Shown here one piece after another: positions 39,041-49,521 of a DNA stretch of 64,000 nt. The first letter of the stretch is position 1; each line of letters opens with the position of its first letter. The stretch is from Methanobacteriota archaeon (GTDB lineage Archaea > Thermoplasmatota > Thermoplasmata > SG8-5 > DAIRED01): NCBI GenBank assembly GCA_043799545.1, contig JAZDNO010000002.1, forward strand, positions 1 to 64,000, given 5' to 3'. The notes under the pieces were generated by a model. It was not told the origin of the DNA and ran no database searches. It saw only the letters and a program-made list of their open reading frames with translations. The position numbers and the translations under genes were made by a program.

Positions 39041-39739
39041 TTAGACCCTCCTCTTCTTCTGCGGCGACAGGCGCCCTACCTTCCTTCCCGGAGGGGCGTT
39101 CCTGCCTACCGTGCTGGGCTTGCCGACGTGCGGATGGCCCCCGCCTCCGTGCGGGTGGTTGACCGCGTTCATCGCGACCCCCTTGACCTTGAAGTACCTC
39201 TTTGCCTTGCTCTGGTACGCGTAGAATTTCTTGCCGGCCTTGGTGTAGGGCTTCTCGCCCCTGCCGCCCGCGGCCACCAGGCCGATTGTCGCCTTGCATG
39301 AAGGGTTGATGTTCTTGAACTGCCCTGACGGCATCTGCAGCGTCGTCGTCACGCCGTGACCGACGATGACGGCGGACGTCCCGGCCGCGCGGATGAACTT
39401 ACCGCCGTCGCCTGGCCGGCTCTCGATGTTGTGAACGAGCGTGCCTTCCGGAATCAGCCCGACGGGCATGACGTTCCCCGGCTGGATCTCGGCGTCGTTG
39501 TCGAAATGTAGCTCCTGGCCGACGTGGACGCTCTCTGGGGCGAGCATGTAAAACTGCTTGCCCGCGGGTTTCACCAGCGCCACTGGCGCCGACCTGCCGG
39601 GCGCCTGCACGATGTCCATGATCTTGCCGGTCCCTGACAGGCCCCTCGGGTATTGAAGGTCCCCCAGATGCCTGTGGCTCGGCGAGCGGTATGTGGAGCC
39701 CCCGCAGCCCCTCCTCCTTGTAATTATGCGCTTACCCAT
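39041..39739 (-). CDS. rpl2: 50S ribosomal protein uL2
   Basis: MGKRIITRRRG, RAAGT, GVAMNAVNHPHGGG. Confidence 0.97.
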   Translation of the reverse strand: MGKRIITRRRGCGGSTYRSPSHRHLGDLQYPRGLSGTGKIMDIVQAPGRSAPVALVKPAGKQFYMLAPESVHVGQELHFDNDAEIQPGNVMPVGLIPEGTLVHNIESRPGDGGKFIRAAGTSAVIVGHGVTTTLQMPSGQFKNINPSCKATIGLVAAGGRGEKPYTKAGKKFYAYQSKAKRYFKVKGVAMNAVNHPHGGGGHPHVGKPSTVGRNAPPGRKVGRLSPQKKRRV

Positions 39740-39749
39740 AGTATCACCC

Positions 39750-40037
39750 TCAGAACACTCCGATTCTCATGCCGATGTCCTCGGCGGAGTATCCCTCCTT
39801 CATTTTTATTATCGCGTGCTTGCCAGTCTTGAGAATCCTCGTGTTCACGCTCGCGACCTTCACCTCGAAGCGCTTCTCGAACGCAGCCTTTATCTCAGCC
39901 TTGGTCGAGTCGCGGTTCACGATGAATTCAATTTTATTTCCATCTTTGTTCTTCAGCGCCGGCGTCCCGGAGATGTGCGTCATCGTCTTTTCCGTAACGT
40001 ACGGATGCAGCAGAACGTCTCCCTTTTTACCCATCAT
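39750..40037 (-). CDS. rpl23: 50S ribosomal protein uL23
   Basis: PYVTEKT, KAEIKAAFE, KHAIIK. Confidence 0.96.
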   Translation of the reverse strand: MMGKKGDVLLHPYVTEKTMTHISGTPALKNKDGNKIEFIVNRDSTKAEIKAAFEKRFEVKVASVNTRILKTGKHAIIKMKEGYSAEDIGMRIGVF

Positions 40038-40891
40038 GCCACCCCCTTCAAAGATTCTAGCGCCTTCTTGCTTATGACCATCAGCCGCCCCGGGTCACCG
40101 CCCGGCGCCAGCATCTCGAGGTTGAGCTCCCTGGGCGTCGCGATTTCGACCCCTGGCAGGTTCCTGAAGCAGCGCTCGATGGTGGTGCGGTTCGAAACGA
40201 CGACCAGCAGCGACTTCGGAGTCCTGTACCTCCGCCCGCGCATTTTTCCGCGGCCGGAGCGTATGTGCTTTCCTTCCTGAGCCCTGTCGACATCGCTTGA
40301 AACTCCGAGAAGCTCGAGAACCTTGGCTGTTTCCTTGACGTACTGCGGGACCTCGTTCGACTTCAGGTACATGTCGTCGACTATCTTCGGCAGGTCCTCG
40401 AAATCGTTCTCCGCCACGACTGGCAACGTGATTCCGTCCTTGAAGATGTGGCCGCGCGCCCTGACCGTCTCGACGTCGGCGCACGCCGCGAGAGCGCTCC
40501 TCCTGGCGAGCCTGCGCTCCTTGTGGTTGATTGACTTCGCCCAAATCGTCTCCACCGTCGGCGGGTGCGCCCTGCGCCCGCCAGGCGTGTTCGGGGACTG
40601 CGCGCCCTTTCCGGAGCCATGGTGAGTTCTCGGAGTCCTGGCCATTCCGCGACCCTTGCCCGGCCACGAGACCGCGTGCCTCATCCCGGCGCCCGGTTTC
40701 GGGCCGTAGGCCTGGCGCCTGTTGGCCCTGGCTGCTGTCACGGCCTTGCGGATTATGTCCGGCCTGAATTCCTCGTTGAATATTTCGGGCAGCTCCATCT
40801 GCGATTTGGCCTCTCCCTGGATGTCGTAGACGTTGACCTTGCGGGCTCCGGCGCGCGGAATCGCAGCTTTCACGTGCTTTGTTGCGACCAT
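40034..40891 (-). CDS. rpl4: 50S ribosomal protein uL4
   Basis: RPDIIRKAV, GKGRGMARTPR, GGRRAHPP, LAPGGDPGRL. Confidence 0.97.
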   Translation of the reverse strand: MVATKHVKAAIPRAGARKVNVYDIQGEAKSQMELPEIFNEEFRPDIIRKAVTAARANRRQAYGPKPGAGMRHAVSWPGKGRGMARTPRTHHGSGKGAQSPNTPGGRRAHPPTVETIWAKSINHKERRLARRSALAACADVETVRARGHIFKDGITLPVVAENDFEDLPKIVDDMYLKSNEVPQYVKETAKVLELLGVSSDVDRAQEGKHIRSGRGKMRGRRYRTPKSLLVVVSNRTTIERCFRNLPGVEIATPRELNLEMLAPGGDPGRLMVISKKALESLKGVA

Positions 40892-40893
40892 GT

Positions 40894-41874
40894 TCAGGCC
40901 CCCTGCTTGGAAGCTAGCGAAACGTACGTGATTTCGGGCGCCTTGTCCACCTTGACTCCTGACAGCCTGGCCGCGTCGCGGAAACCTATCAGGCGCTTTA
41001 TCGGCCCCGGGATGGAGCCGTGGAGCATGACGTAGCTGTTGCGCACCAGCCCGTAGTGGAGGAAGCCTCCCTTGGGGTTGATCTCGTCCGGTTTCTCGCC
41101 TATCCTGAGGACGCGCTTGTTGAACTCGGTCCTCTGGTGGTATCCCATCTGGCCGGCCTGCGGGACCGTCGGGCGGACGTACTTCGGGGACTTCGGCCCC
41201 AGGTTTCCAATCATCCTGCGGTGCTTGCTGTTCTTGTGCGAAAGGAGCTTGCACCCCCAGCGCTTGGTGTGTCCCTGGAAGCCCTTCCCGGTGGTGATGG
41301 ACGCGATGTCTATCAGCGCCCCCTCACCCGCAAAATCCTTGAACGTGATTTCCTTGCCGAGCAAGCCCTTGGCGAACTCGAGCCTCTCCTTGTACTTGCC
41401 GCCGCCGACCTGTATCTCCATGATGTCGGGGACGTGCTTCGGAATCCCCGTCACGAGGTTGGGCAGCGTGTGCATGAGCACCCTTACCTCCTCGAACTCC
41501 GAGCCTTCCAGCTTCGCCATGGCCTCCTCCTTGTATTCCGGAAGCGATATGCGCCTCTTGAGCTCCTTGTCCAAGTTCTTGGCCCATGCCTCTCCCACGG
41601 TCTTGAGCCCGTAGGGCGTTCTCTCGTAGACCCTGACCGCAGCGACCTTCATCGGCGGCACCTCGACGATGGTGACGGGAACCTGGAGTTCCTGGCCAGC
41701 CGTCGTGCTGGTCGGCCTGTAGTCGATGATGAAGGCGTGGGTCATCCCAGCCTTGTATCCCGCGAAGCCCTGCAGCTTCGGGCCCTCGGCGACCTCAGGC
41801 CAGCTGGAGAACCTCGCGATGTGGTCCCTTGCTCTCTTCCTTGGCGAATAGCCGCGCGAACCGCGTCGTGACAT
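40894..41874 (-). CDS. rpl3: 50S ribosomal protein uL3
   Basis: YSPRKRA, GYKAGMTH, GKGFQGHTKRWG, GQMGYHQRTEFNK. Confidence 0.97.
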   Translation of the reverse strand: MSRRGSRGYSPRKRARDHIARFSSWPEVAEGPKLQGFAGYKAGMTHAFIIDYRPTSTTAGQELQVPVTIVEVPPMKVAAVRVYERTPYGLKTVGEAWAKNLDKELKRRISLPEYKEEAMAKLEGSEFEEVRVLMHTLPNLVTGIPKHVPDIMEIQVGGGKYKERLEFAKGLLGKEITFKDFAGEGALIDIASITTGKGFQGHTKRWGCKLLSHKNSKHRRMIGNLGPKSPKYVRPTVPQAGQMGYHQRTEFNKRVLRIGEKPDEINPKGGFLHYGLVRNSYVMLHGSIPGPIKRLIGFRDAARLSGVKVDKAPEITYVSLASKQGA

Positions 41875-42055
41875 CTTATCCCTCTCTTGAGCGCGAGCGC
41901 TGCCCCTACCTGCTGGCTCGAGCAGATTCCGCGCCCCTTTCCTTGCATCCACCGTGACGCTTCAATCGCCGCCAGATAACATGGAAACCCATGGGCGGCG
42001 CGCGGGGAACAGGTAGCCCCTAGCGTCTGGTTAGACTTTGTGGATTGCGGTACCG
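41875..42055 (-). ncRNA. Candidate structured 5' leader of the rpl3 operon
   Basis: Nested helices CTACCTGTT/AGCAGGTAG, CGCCGCC/GGCGGCG, CATGG/CCATG between TATA box and rpl3 start. Confidence 0.55.
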
Positions 42056-42073
42056 CAGGCATACCGGTACTTG

Positions 42074-42080
42074 TATAAAA
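42074..42080 (-). promoter_or_regulatory. Putative TATA box of the ribosomal superoperon
   Basis: TTTTATA on minus strand ~200 nt upstream of rpl3. Confidence 0.5.
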
Positions 42081-42126
42081 CGCTTTGCCACTCCATTGTA
42101 CAGATGCCAGGCAACGGACATATACT

Positions 42127-42954
42127 TTATTGTTTATTGGCCAGCCGCTCCGCCGCCGCGCGCCCCAGCCACCTCGCGAAAGTCAGGTAGCCCGTGTGCC
42201 CGAGCATGTCGAAGGAGGGCCTTATGCCCATGTCCCCAACGACCATCTGGCGCTCGAGCGTTTCTATCGTGACGTCCTGCGCCCAGCCCCGCGCCCTCAA
42301 CTGTCGCACGAGCCTCTCCACCTGGTTCGCCGAAGGCGTGTAGAACGCGGCAGACGCCCCGGGCCTGAGAGAGCTCTCCGCGAATTCGAGCATGTCCCAC
42401 GGGTTCGGGACGTCGGCAACGAGAGCGTCGCTGTCCTCTTTCCCCCGGGATTTCGCGGCATCCCCTTCGACGAGCGAGACCCTTTCCGAGAGCCCCGCGC
42501 GCTCGAGATTTTTCCTGACGAGCTCTATCGATTTCGGCTCTATCTCATGAGTCGTAACATGGCCGTCCTTTCCCACGAAAGATGCCAGAGCAAGCGTCAT
42601 GTACCCCGAGCCAGCCCCAATTTCCACAACCCGCGCCTCGGGCCTTATTCCGAGCCTTGCCACGATTGGACCGGTGTCCTTGAGCGTTATTATCTGGGCG
42701 CGCCGCTCGCAAAGCGTCAGGATGTCTGCCAGCCCAGCTTCCCGGAGGACCACGTACGTCTCTCCGCAGAACTCGAATATCGCGCCGTCCGCCAGACCGG
42801 CGAGCTGGCGCGGGTCCAGTATCCCCAGGCCAGCGACCTTGACATGATCCCCGGTTGTCGTTACCAAGTGCGTCTTGAAGTCCTTCAACGAGACAAGCAG
42901 CCTGCGGTCATCGCCGTGCATCGACCTCGCGAACACACGCATCGATATATGCAT
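42127..42954 (-). CDS. trmI: tRNA (adenine-N1)-methyltransferase, TrmI/GCD14 family
   Basis: AQIITLKD, VVEIGAGSGYMT, DVPNPW, HTGYLTFAR. Confidence 0.93.
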   Translation of the reverse strand: MHISMRVFARSMHGDDRRLLVSLKDFKTHLVTTTGDHVKVAGLGILDPRQLAGLADGAIFEFCGETYVVLREAGLADILTLCERRAQIITLKDTGPIVARLGIRPEARVVEIGAGSGYMTLALASFVGKDGHVTTHEIEPKSIELVRKNLERAGLSERVSLVEGDAAKSRGKEDSDALVADVPNPWDMLEFAESSLRPGASAAFYTPSANQVERLVRQLRARGWAQDVTIETLERQMVVGDMGIRPSFDMLGHTGYLTFARWLGRAAAERLANKQ

Positions 42955-43216
42955 TGTGCAAACGGCACCTACGGCTTTTGCCGAAGAGCATGTGCGTCTT
43001 TCGCCGTATATAAAAAGACATTTTACTAATCCAACTCACGGACAAGTGATGTTATGTAATATTAGCTTGATTTATTATCAAAATTAATTGTTGTGCTTAT
43101 TTGTAATAATACTATATATAAAGGAGTGTTTTTAGAGAAAAGTTTATATATATCTATAACTCTCCCAGAAACAATGAGCCGCAAGTGGCGGCCATAAGAA
43201 AAATAGGAGGAATATA

Positions 43217-45958
43217 ATGGAAAAGATTTGGCAGAAGGGATGCGCCATGGTGCTGGCAAGCTTCATGGTAATGACGGCGCTGGCAGTCTTTGCGACACCG
43301 GTATTGGCGGACGAGTACGCCGCACGCACCGGCGGGCGCATGGGCTGGAATATCCACTGGGTGGACTACCGAATGGCGGACGACCCAGCTGTCGATGCTG
43401 AGGATGAGAAAATCATCTTCAACTACGACGGGGAAAACGGCAATATGTACTACCTGGGAGATGACGAGTCTAGCCTATCGTTCCGCCTATGGTCGAGCGG
43501 ATGGGACACGACCGCAGGTGGATCGAACGGGATTGACAACGACGGCACATGGGTTAACGTCACACTTGTGGACGGGAACGCGACCGATGCAGTGAAGCCT
43601 GGAGACGACTACTTCAGAAGCTTCAACGGCTTGTGGACAAACGACTCATACGACAGGATCTACTTCACAGTCGACATCGCCAACAACGGAACTGTCGAAA
43701 AATTCTACCCGCTCACTGTGAGGATTTCATACAGAAATGAAACCATGGCACCGACTGACGCCTACCTCATCGACACGATTGGCATCGACATCTACGTCTC
43801 GTCCGTCTTCCACGACGACGACGGCGATGACTCAAGAGACATGGCCGACACCCTGACCTACGACGGCGACGACGGCTCGTGGGACTGGGACAAGAACTTC
43901 CTCAAGGACGATGGCGGAGACTTCGGGTTCGAACCTGGCGACACGTTCGAGGACGGCTTGTTCGAGGCTGACTTCGACGCACCTTTCGACATGATAAACA
44001 CTATGCTGACACTGACCCCTCCGACAGGTGGCAACATCACATATGCCGCGAACTACGCCCAGAGCATGGGTCGGAACTCGGGCAACATCGACTTCAACTA
44101 CAGGGTAAACGTGGCACCGCAGACCCCCGCAGGGATATACCATGGAACGGCAGCCTTGGGATTCACCAGGGATGACCACGGATACAACCAGAACATCGTC
44201 GAAGGCGCAAGGTCTTACGACGTTTGCGTAGACTACACGTACGCCGACCGCGGCGCGTTCACCCGCGACGACCTGGGCAACTGGTACTCCGAGTACGCGA
44301 TGGTCGCGACCGAGGTCAATATAACGGACATCGGCGAGGTAATAGACGACGTGACGCCGACGAACGACACAGGCAACACCACCGGCAACGGCACGAGGCA
44401 GATCGACATCTTCGAGCTCCCGAGCGACACCTACGAGCAGAGCACCTTCAGCGACAAGCTGATTACCTTCGACGTGACGATACAGAACAACGGCAACACC
44501 GAGCTCTTCAACGTCGAGTTCTACTTCGACCCCCAGACCGGCACACCCGGGGAATGGGACTACTTTCGCAACCCTAACTTCTTCTATGACTCTTGGGATA
44601 TGCAGTATGATACTGCTAGGATGTTTATTGAGAGCTTCCCTGTGGGTGCGGAGGAAACGTTCACAATCCAGGCGACGGTAGTCAAGGAAATCCCGGTCGG
44701 CGAGCACAGGCTCCCGATATTCTACACGGGATACTACTTCGACGCAGGCGTGCTCCTGACAGACACCGACTTCGTCGAGACGGACGAATACACGGTCTAC
44801 TTCAGCATCTTCGTGACTGACGGACAGATGGACTGCAAGGTGGACGATGTCTGGACTCCGAACAACAACTACGGCACTGACGACACGACCGACATCTTCG
44901 TCAACGTGGACATCTGGAACCTAGAGGGTTACGCCTTCATCGATGTCATTGCGACAGCCGACTTCACAGGGACGCCATTCTACGACCCGATGATTGGTCA
45001 GAGCGCGAACCGCATCATCCCGGCAGAGCAGACCCCGTGGGACTACTGGGGACCAATAGACTCAGGTTGGGACGAGATGGACCTCGACTTCTGGGTCGAC
45101 ATGCAGACCGACCTCACACCAGACAAGTACCCGTTCACGATAACGCTGGTCGCGATAATCGAGACGACCCTAGAGGAGGTCACGACGACAATCCCAGCCA
45201 CGCTTGTCATAGAAGGCTACGGCCCGAGGATCTGGATTGAGGCATTCGCGACATCCGAGATCAAGGCCGGCAACTACTTCGACCTGAACCTCACGGTCAC
45301 GAACAGCGGCGACGACGACCTCAGGGACACCTGGGCCTACATCGGAGCTGACGGCGTCGAGCCGGCAGGGTACCTGTACGATGAAGTGATTTGCAATGTC
45401 ATCGGCCAGATACAGAGGGAGAGCGAGGAATTCAACGGATCTGGAGATTTCCTGGGCGAGGAATTTAACATCTCCGAGTCATATACCTGGGACGGAGCCG
45501 AAGTCACCCTCGAAGACCTGGACATCGACAGCGCCAAGGAAATCGTGGCACTGAACCTATACATCGACGGTGTCTACTCCTCGCCGAGCGCGGTCATCAC
45601 ACTGCTCTACATCGGCACAATCGCCGCTGGCGAGAGTGTCCAGGTGGACTACCAGATGATGGCGGACAAGGATATGGTCGACGGCAAGCCATACGTCATA
45701 ACTGTGGAAGTCTGGGGCATAGACTCAGAGGGAAACGGTTACGACATGGGCGAAGGCTACGGTGTTGACATTACTGTCAAGACCGCGAAAGAGGGAGCCG
45801 GTTCGTACAACCCCGTAGAGACGGACTACTTCATGGGCGGCATGCAGATAATGGGCCTCGTGCTCTTTATCATCATCGTCATCGCCATACTGTTCTACGT
45901 CCTCCGGAGGGTCGTCTTCCCGCCGAAGAAGGAGCAGCCACCGGTGCCACCGCAGTAA
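43217..45958 (+). CDS. Acidic S-layer-like cell-surface protein with C-terminal TM anchor
   Basis: Signal peptide, Ig-like repeats (VTIQNNGNT, LTVTNSGDD), many N-x-T/S sites, C-terminal hydrophobic helix with basic tail. Confidence 0.8.
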   Translation: MEKIWQKGCAMVLASFMVMTALAVFATPVLADEYAARTGGRMGWNIHWVDYRMADDPAVDAEDEKIIFNYDGENGNMYYLGDDESSLSFRLWSSGWDTTAGGSNGIDNDGTWVNVTLVDGNATDAVKPGDDYFRSFNGLWTNDSYDRIYFTVDIANNGTVEKFYPLTVRISYRNETMAPTDAYLIDTIGIDIYVSSVFHDDDGDDSRDMADTLTYDGDDGSWDWDKNFLKDDGGDFGFEPGDTFEDGLFEADFDAPFDMINTMLTLTPPTGGNITYAANYAQSMGRNSGNIDFNYRVNVAPQTPAGIYHGTAALGFTRDDHGYNQNIVEGARSYDVCVDYTYADRGAFTRDDLGNWYSEYAMVATEVNITDIGEVIDDVTPTNDTGNTTGNGTRQIDIFELPSDTYEQSTFSDKLITFDVTIQNNGNTELFNVEFYFDPQTGTPGEWDYFRNPNFFYDSWDMQYDTARMFIESFPVGAEETFTIQATVVKEIPVGEHRLPIFYTGYYFDAGVLLTDTDFVETDEYTVYFSIFVTDGQMDCKVDDVWTPNNNYGTDDTTDIFVNVDIWNLEGYAFIDVIATADFTGTPFYDPMIGQSANRIIPAEQTPWDYWGPIDSGWDEMDLDFWVDMQTDLTPDKYPFTITLVAIIETTLEEVTTTIPATLVIEGYGPRIWIEAFATSEIKAGNYFDLNLTVTNSGDDDLRDTWAYIGADGVEPAGYLYDEVICNVIGQIQRESEEFNGSGDFLGEEFNISESYTWDGAEVTLEDLDIDSAKEIVALNLYIDGVYSSPSAVITLLYIGTIAAGESVQVDYQMMADKDMVDGKPYVITVEVWGIDSEGNGYDMGEGYGVDITVKTAKEGAGSYNPVETDYFMGGMQIMGLVLFIIIVIAILFYVLRRVVFPPKKEQPPVPPQ

Positions 45959-45977
45959 ACACCATAGTACGACTGAT

Positions 45978-45995
45978 GGGCTCCGAAAGGAGCCC
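45978..45995 (+). terminator. Hairpin downstream of the S-layer-like gene
   Basis: GGGCTCC-GAAA-GGAGCCC perfect 7-bp stem 20 nt after the stop codon. Confidence 0.55.
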
Positions 45996-46102
45996 CTAAA
46001 ACTCTTAATCCACTTTTCATTTCTTCTTCTGTTGGCGGAAACGCTGCTCACCGAAATTTATATATCGGCATTTTCCTTACCTATTCCCTGGATGGATGCA
46101 CC

Positions 46103-47386
46103 ATGGTCGAGAAAGGGATAGCCCTAGGGATACTGATTATCGTCTACGCCCTGATGATATCCGAGAAGGTCCACCGCACGGTGGCCGTGCTGATGGGGGC
46201 GGCCATGATGGTCGGGCTCGGCATCGTCAGCGAGTTCCAGGTCATCAAGTTCATCCACTGGGAGGCGCTCGGGCTAATATTCGGGATGTTCATCATCGTC
46301 GGAGCCCTGGCCGAGACCGGGTTCTTCCGATGGGTAGGCCTCCACGCCCTAAAGTTCACCAAGTTCAATCCGCTCAAGATTTTCATCCTTTTCTCGGTGA
46401 TATCGGCGTTGCTGGCGGCATTCATGGACAGCATCACGGTCATGATTTTCATGGCGACCCTCACAATCGAGGCGTGCAGGGTGATGGACGTCAAGCCGAT
46501 TCCGTTCCTGATTGCGCAGATAGCATCCGCCAACATAGGCGGCGCTGCCACGATGGTGGGGGACCCGCCGAACGTGCTCATCGGCACTACGCTTGGATAC
46601 TCATTCATGGACTTCGTCGTCAACGTTGGCCCGATAGCCATCGTCCTCTTCATCGTCAACATCGTGCTCATGAGGTACATATTCCGCAAGTCGTTCATCA
46701 AGCACCCGGTGGACATGGATAAGATTTACAAGGAGCACGCGGAGCTCGTGCCGTTCAGCGCGGTCAAGGACGTCAGGCACATGCGCATAACGCTGGCCAT
46801 CTTCGCCTTCACGGTCACGATGCTGGTCCTGCACCAGTTCCTCGACATGGTTGTGGCGACGGTGGCGATGATTGGTGCCACGCTGGTCTTGCTGGCCGGA
46901 GGACCGAAGGCCCCCGAGCTCGTAGAGAAGATTGATTGGCATACAATCCTGTTCCTCGCGGGGCTATTCATAGTCGTCGGCGGCCTGGACGCCGTTGGCC
47001 TCCTCACGGACTTCGCCAGGTTCATCGTCTCCTCGACCGGCGGCAATCCGATAATCATAGTCTCCGCCCTGCTCTGGGTGTTCGCACCCATCTCGGCCTT
47101 CCTGGACAACGTGCCGTTCGCGGCGGCGATGATACCAGTCATTAAGACAATCAACGAGACCACGGGGATGCCCCTGCCGACGCTAGCCTGGACCCTGGCG
47201 ATAGTCGCGGACGTCAGCGGCAACGCCACGCCGATAGGCTCGAGCGCCAGCGTCGTGGGCGTGTCCGTGGCGAAGCGCGAAGGAATCCAAATCAGCTGGA
47301 AGGAATATTGCAGGACGGCCTTCCCCGCCATGCTTGTCTGCATAGCCGTGGCCAACGTCATGATAGTGGCGATATTCCTGCTCTGA
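46103..47386 (+). CDS. ArsB/NhaD (SLC13/CitMHS-like) ion transporter
   Basis: ~11 TM; ANIGGAATMVGDPPN, SAFLDNVPF, GNATPIGSSA. Confidence 0.9.
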   Translation: MVEKGIALGILIIVYALMISEKVHRTVAVLMGAAMMVGLGIVSEFQVIKFIHWEALGLIFGMFIIVGALAETGFFRWVGLHALKFTKFNPLKIFILFSVISALLAAFMDSITVMIFMATLTIEACRVMDVKPIPFLIAQIASANIGGAATMVGDPPNVLIGTTLGYSFMDFVVNVGPIAIVLFIVNIVLMRYIFRKSFIKHPVDMDKIYKEHAELVPFSAVKDVRHMRITLAIFAFTVTMLVLHQFLDMVVATVAMIGATLVLLAGGPKAPELVEKIDWHTILFLAGLFIVVGGLDAVGLLTDFARFIVSSTGGNPIIIVSALLWVFAPISAFLDNVPFAAAMIPVIKTINETTGMPLPTLAWTLAIVADVSGNATPIGSSASVVGVSVAKREGIQISWKEYCRTAFPAMLVCIAVANVMIVAIFLL

Positions 47387-47444
47387 ATCGGATGTGCCGC
47401 CTCAGAGCGATATCCTCATATATTGTCCTTGCATCCCAGGGGCG

Positions 47445-48104
47445 ATGGCCAAGAAAGTGAAGACCGACGAGGAGGAAGCCCCCGTCTTCAAATACCCTGA
47501 GTTCGACGAGAAGCAGTACCTCCGGGAGGAGATGCGGGACTCGAAGGCGATAATCGCATCGGCGCTGGTGGCCTTGCCGATGGCCGCGGTCGCTGCGATG
47601 ATAACGGCTTCTTTCAGCCCCACCGCAGGAATCGTCATGGGTCTCGCTGGCTTCGCCGTCATCTACTACATTTTCATCTTCCTGTTCAAGGACCTATCGG
47701 GCTTCAAAATCAAGCACTGGCTGATGTCGATTGGCGGATACTTCCTCACCTTCCTAGCGCTCTGGATACTTTTCATCAACCCGCCGTTCATGGACCTCTC
47801 CGGCCCAGTGATAGAGAAGCCGCAGTACACCACGGCGCTTCCAGACTTCGTCGCCGTCGAGGACGACCTCATCGACCTGCCAGACGGAACGGGCGACTGG
47901 ATAGTCCGCGTGCGCGTCGCAGACAACGTCGGGTTGGAGGGGCTGCCCCAGCTCATTGCAGGGAGCTCCGCGCCGGTCGGCATGACACCCGTCCCAGGGG
48001 AGAGAGGGGTGTATGAGGCAGCTGTGAGCGGCATAGTGGGAGTCACGATAACTGCGACAGATGTCAACGGCCACGAGACAAACTATTCGCTGAGCGTCTA
48101 TTGA
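47445..48104 (+). CDS. Hypothetical membrane protein (3-4 TM plus extracellular domain)
   Basis: FKYPEFDEKQYLREEMRD, TM helices, LWILFINPPFMDLSGP. Confidence 0.7.
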   Translation: MAKKVKTDEEEAPVFKYPEFDEKQYLREEMRDSKAIIASALVALPMAAVAAMITASFSPTAGIVMGLAGFAVIYYIFIFLFKDLSGFKIKHWLMSIGGYFLTFLALWILFINPPFMDLSGPVIEKPQYTTALPDFVAVEDDLIDLPDGTGDWIVRVRVADNVGLEGLPQLIAGSSAPVGMTPVPGERGVYEAAVSGIVGVTITATDVNGHETNYSLSVY

Positions 48105-48141
48105 GAAGTGTAACTCACGGCACATTCTCGCGGTACTGAGT

Positions 48142-49521
48142 TCAAACAGTCCACGGCATCCGCTTGTCCAGAAGGGCGCTCATCGCTCCCCGGTGCTCCT
48201 CCCGGAGCAGCTCGCTTAACCGCTTTATCTTGTAAGAGCCCTTCACGGGCTCGTTGAGGTGCTTGCCCAGGTCCAGGCCGGGAATGTTGGCTTCCAGCAG
48301 CGCCTTTGCATCGCAGTATTTCCTCGAGATGTCCACGTACCACCTCGCCCCGACGAGGAACGGCGGGCTGAGCGCAGCCTTGCTGTCACGCCACTTCTCC
48401 ACGAACTCCTTCGCGTTCGGCACGTCCACGGGCGGCCCCTCGTGCCTCAGCACTCCCGGAAGCTGCGCGGACTCCAGCTCCACTATCACCATCGTGTCCA
48501 ATCCTGACGCGTAAACTGCCGAGTCTATGACCTTGAAACCGTAGTGCGCGAACAGGTCGCAAAGGGCGCGCTCGCACTTCTTCACCTGCGGCCAGACCGT
48601 ATCGTCGCCAATGTCTGGCGCCCTGAATTGTATCGCTATCGGCTCCGTCCCCCGCTCGCCCATGAGGCGCTCTATATCGCCCAGGGGAAGGGGTTTCCTC
48701 TCGCGCGGGAAGAAGAAGCGCTCCGACTGCCTGCCCAGGTAGTCCCCCGCCGCCTGCATGAACTGGGCCATCATCCTGTCTCCCAGGGCCGCCGCGACGT
48801 TCCGCTTGTCGTCCACCGGGTCCACGAACACCAGAGGCTCGTCGAACTTCTTTGCCGGCCTCGTCTCAGGTAGGCTGATTGCCTCGCCCACGCGCCACTT
48901 GCTCGCGGCCTGGAGCACCCCTCTGAAAGTGCCGTACCTCAGGACTAGAAGTTCTACCAGGTATCCTGAAAAACCGCTTATCTTCGCCTCGGCGCCGTAC
49001 ACGCCCGTACCTTTCATGAAGAGCTTGAGCATGCGCACGTCGTCGCGCTGGCCGTCCTCGATTTTCCCGAGGACGAACTCGGTGTGGAACGGCGTGCGGT
49101 CCACGGCGGTCATGCGCTGCTCTGGAGAGTCAATTTTGTAAGACGGGACGATGTCCACTTCCATGCCGTCGTAGACTCCGTGCATGTAAGGATGCTCTGC
49201 GTACCTGGCCTCGCCCTTTACCACTGACTGCCCCAGCTCCAGGCCTACCTTTTCCAGCCGCTCGCGCTCCACCTTCGGAGGGAAGAGGAGGAACATGTCT
49301 ATGTCCGGCTCCCTCAGGTGGGTGCCCTTGGCTATGGAGCCGACGAGGATGGTTTCTACGTTTATTTCTGTCTTCGCGATTTCCCGCTTCAGCGCGCGCT
49401 GGAGCTTAGCCACAACCTCCTTGATTCTGCGGTCCTCCGTGGCCGTGGGCCTCGCCCGTTCCAGCGCCTTGAGCTCCAAATCCGTGAAAGACATGATGCG
49501 CCTCCCGAACGCTTCCTCCAT
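48142..49521 (-). CDS. cca: CCA-adding enzyme, archaeal class I
   Basis: VGSIAKGTHL..PDIDMF, YAEHPY, AVDRTPFH, GFSGYLVELL, DPVD..RNVAAA. Confidence 0.96.
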   Translation of the reverse strand: MEEAFGRRIMSFTDLELKALERARPTATEDRRIKEVVAKLQRALKREIAKTEINVETILVGSIAKGTHLREPDIDMFLLFPPKVERERLEKVGLELGQSVVKGEARYAEHPYMHGVYDGMEVDIVPSYKIDSPEQRMTAVDRTPFHTEFVLGKIEDGQRDDVRMLKLFMKGTGVYGAEAKISGFSGYLVELLVLRYGTFRGVLQAASKWRVGEAISLPETRPAKKFDEPLVFVDPVDDKRNVAAALGDRMMAQFMQAAGDYLGRQSERFFFPRERKPLPLGDIERLMGERGTEPIAIQFRAPDIGDDTVWPQVKKCERALCDLFAHYGFKVIDSAVYASGLDTMVIVELESAQLPGVLRHEGPPVDVPNAKEFVEKWRDSKAALSPPFLVGARWYVDISRKYCDAKALLEANIPGLDLGKHLNEPVKGSYKIKRLSELLREEHRGAMSALLDKRMPWTV

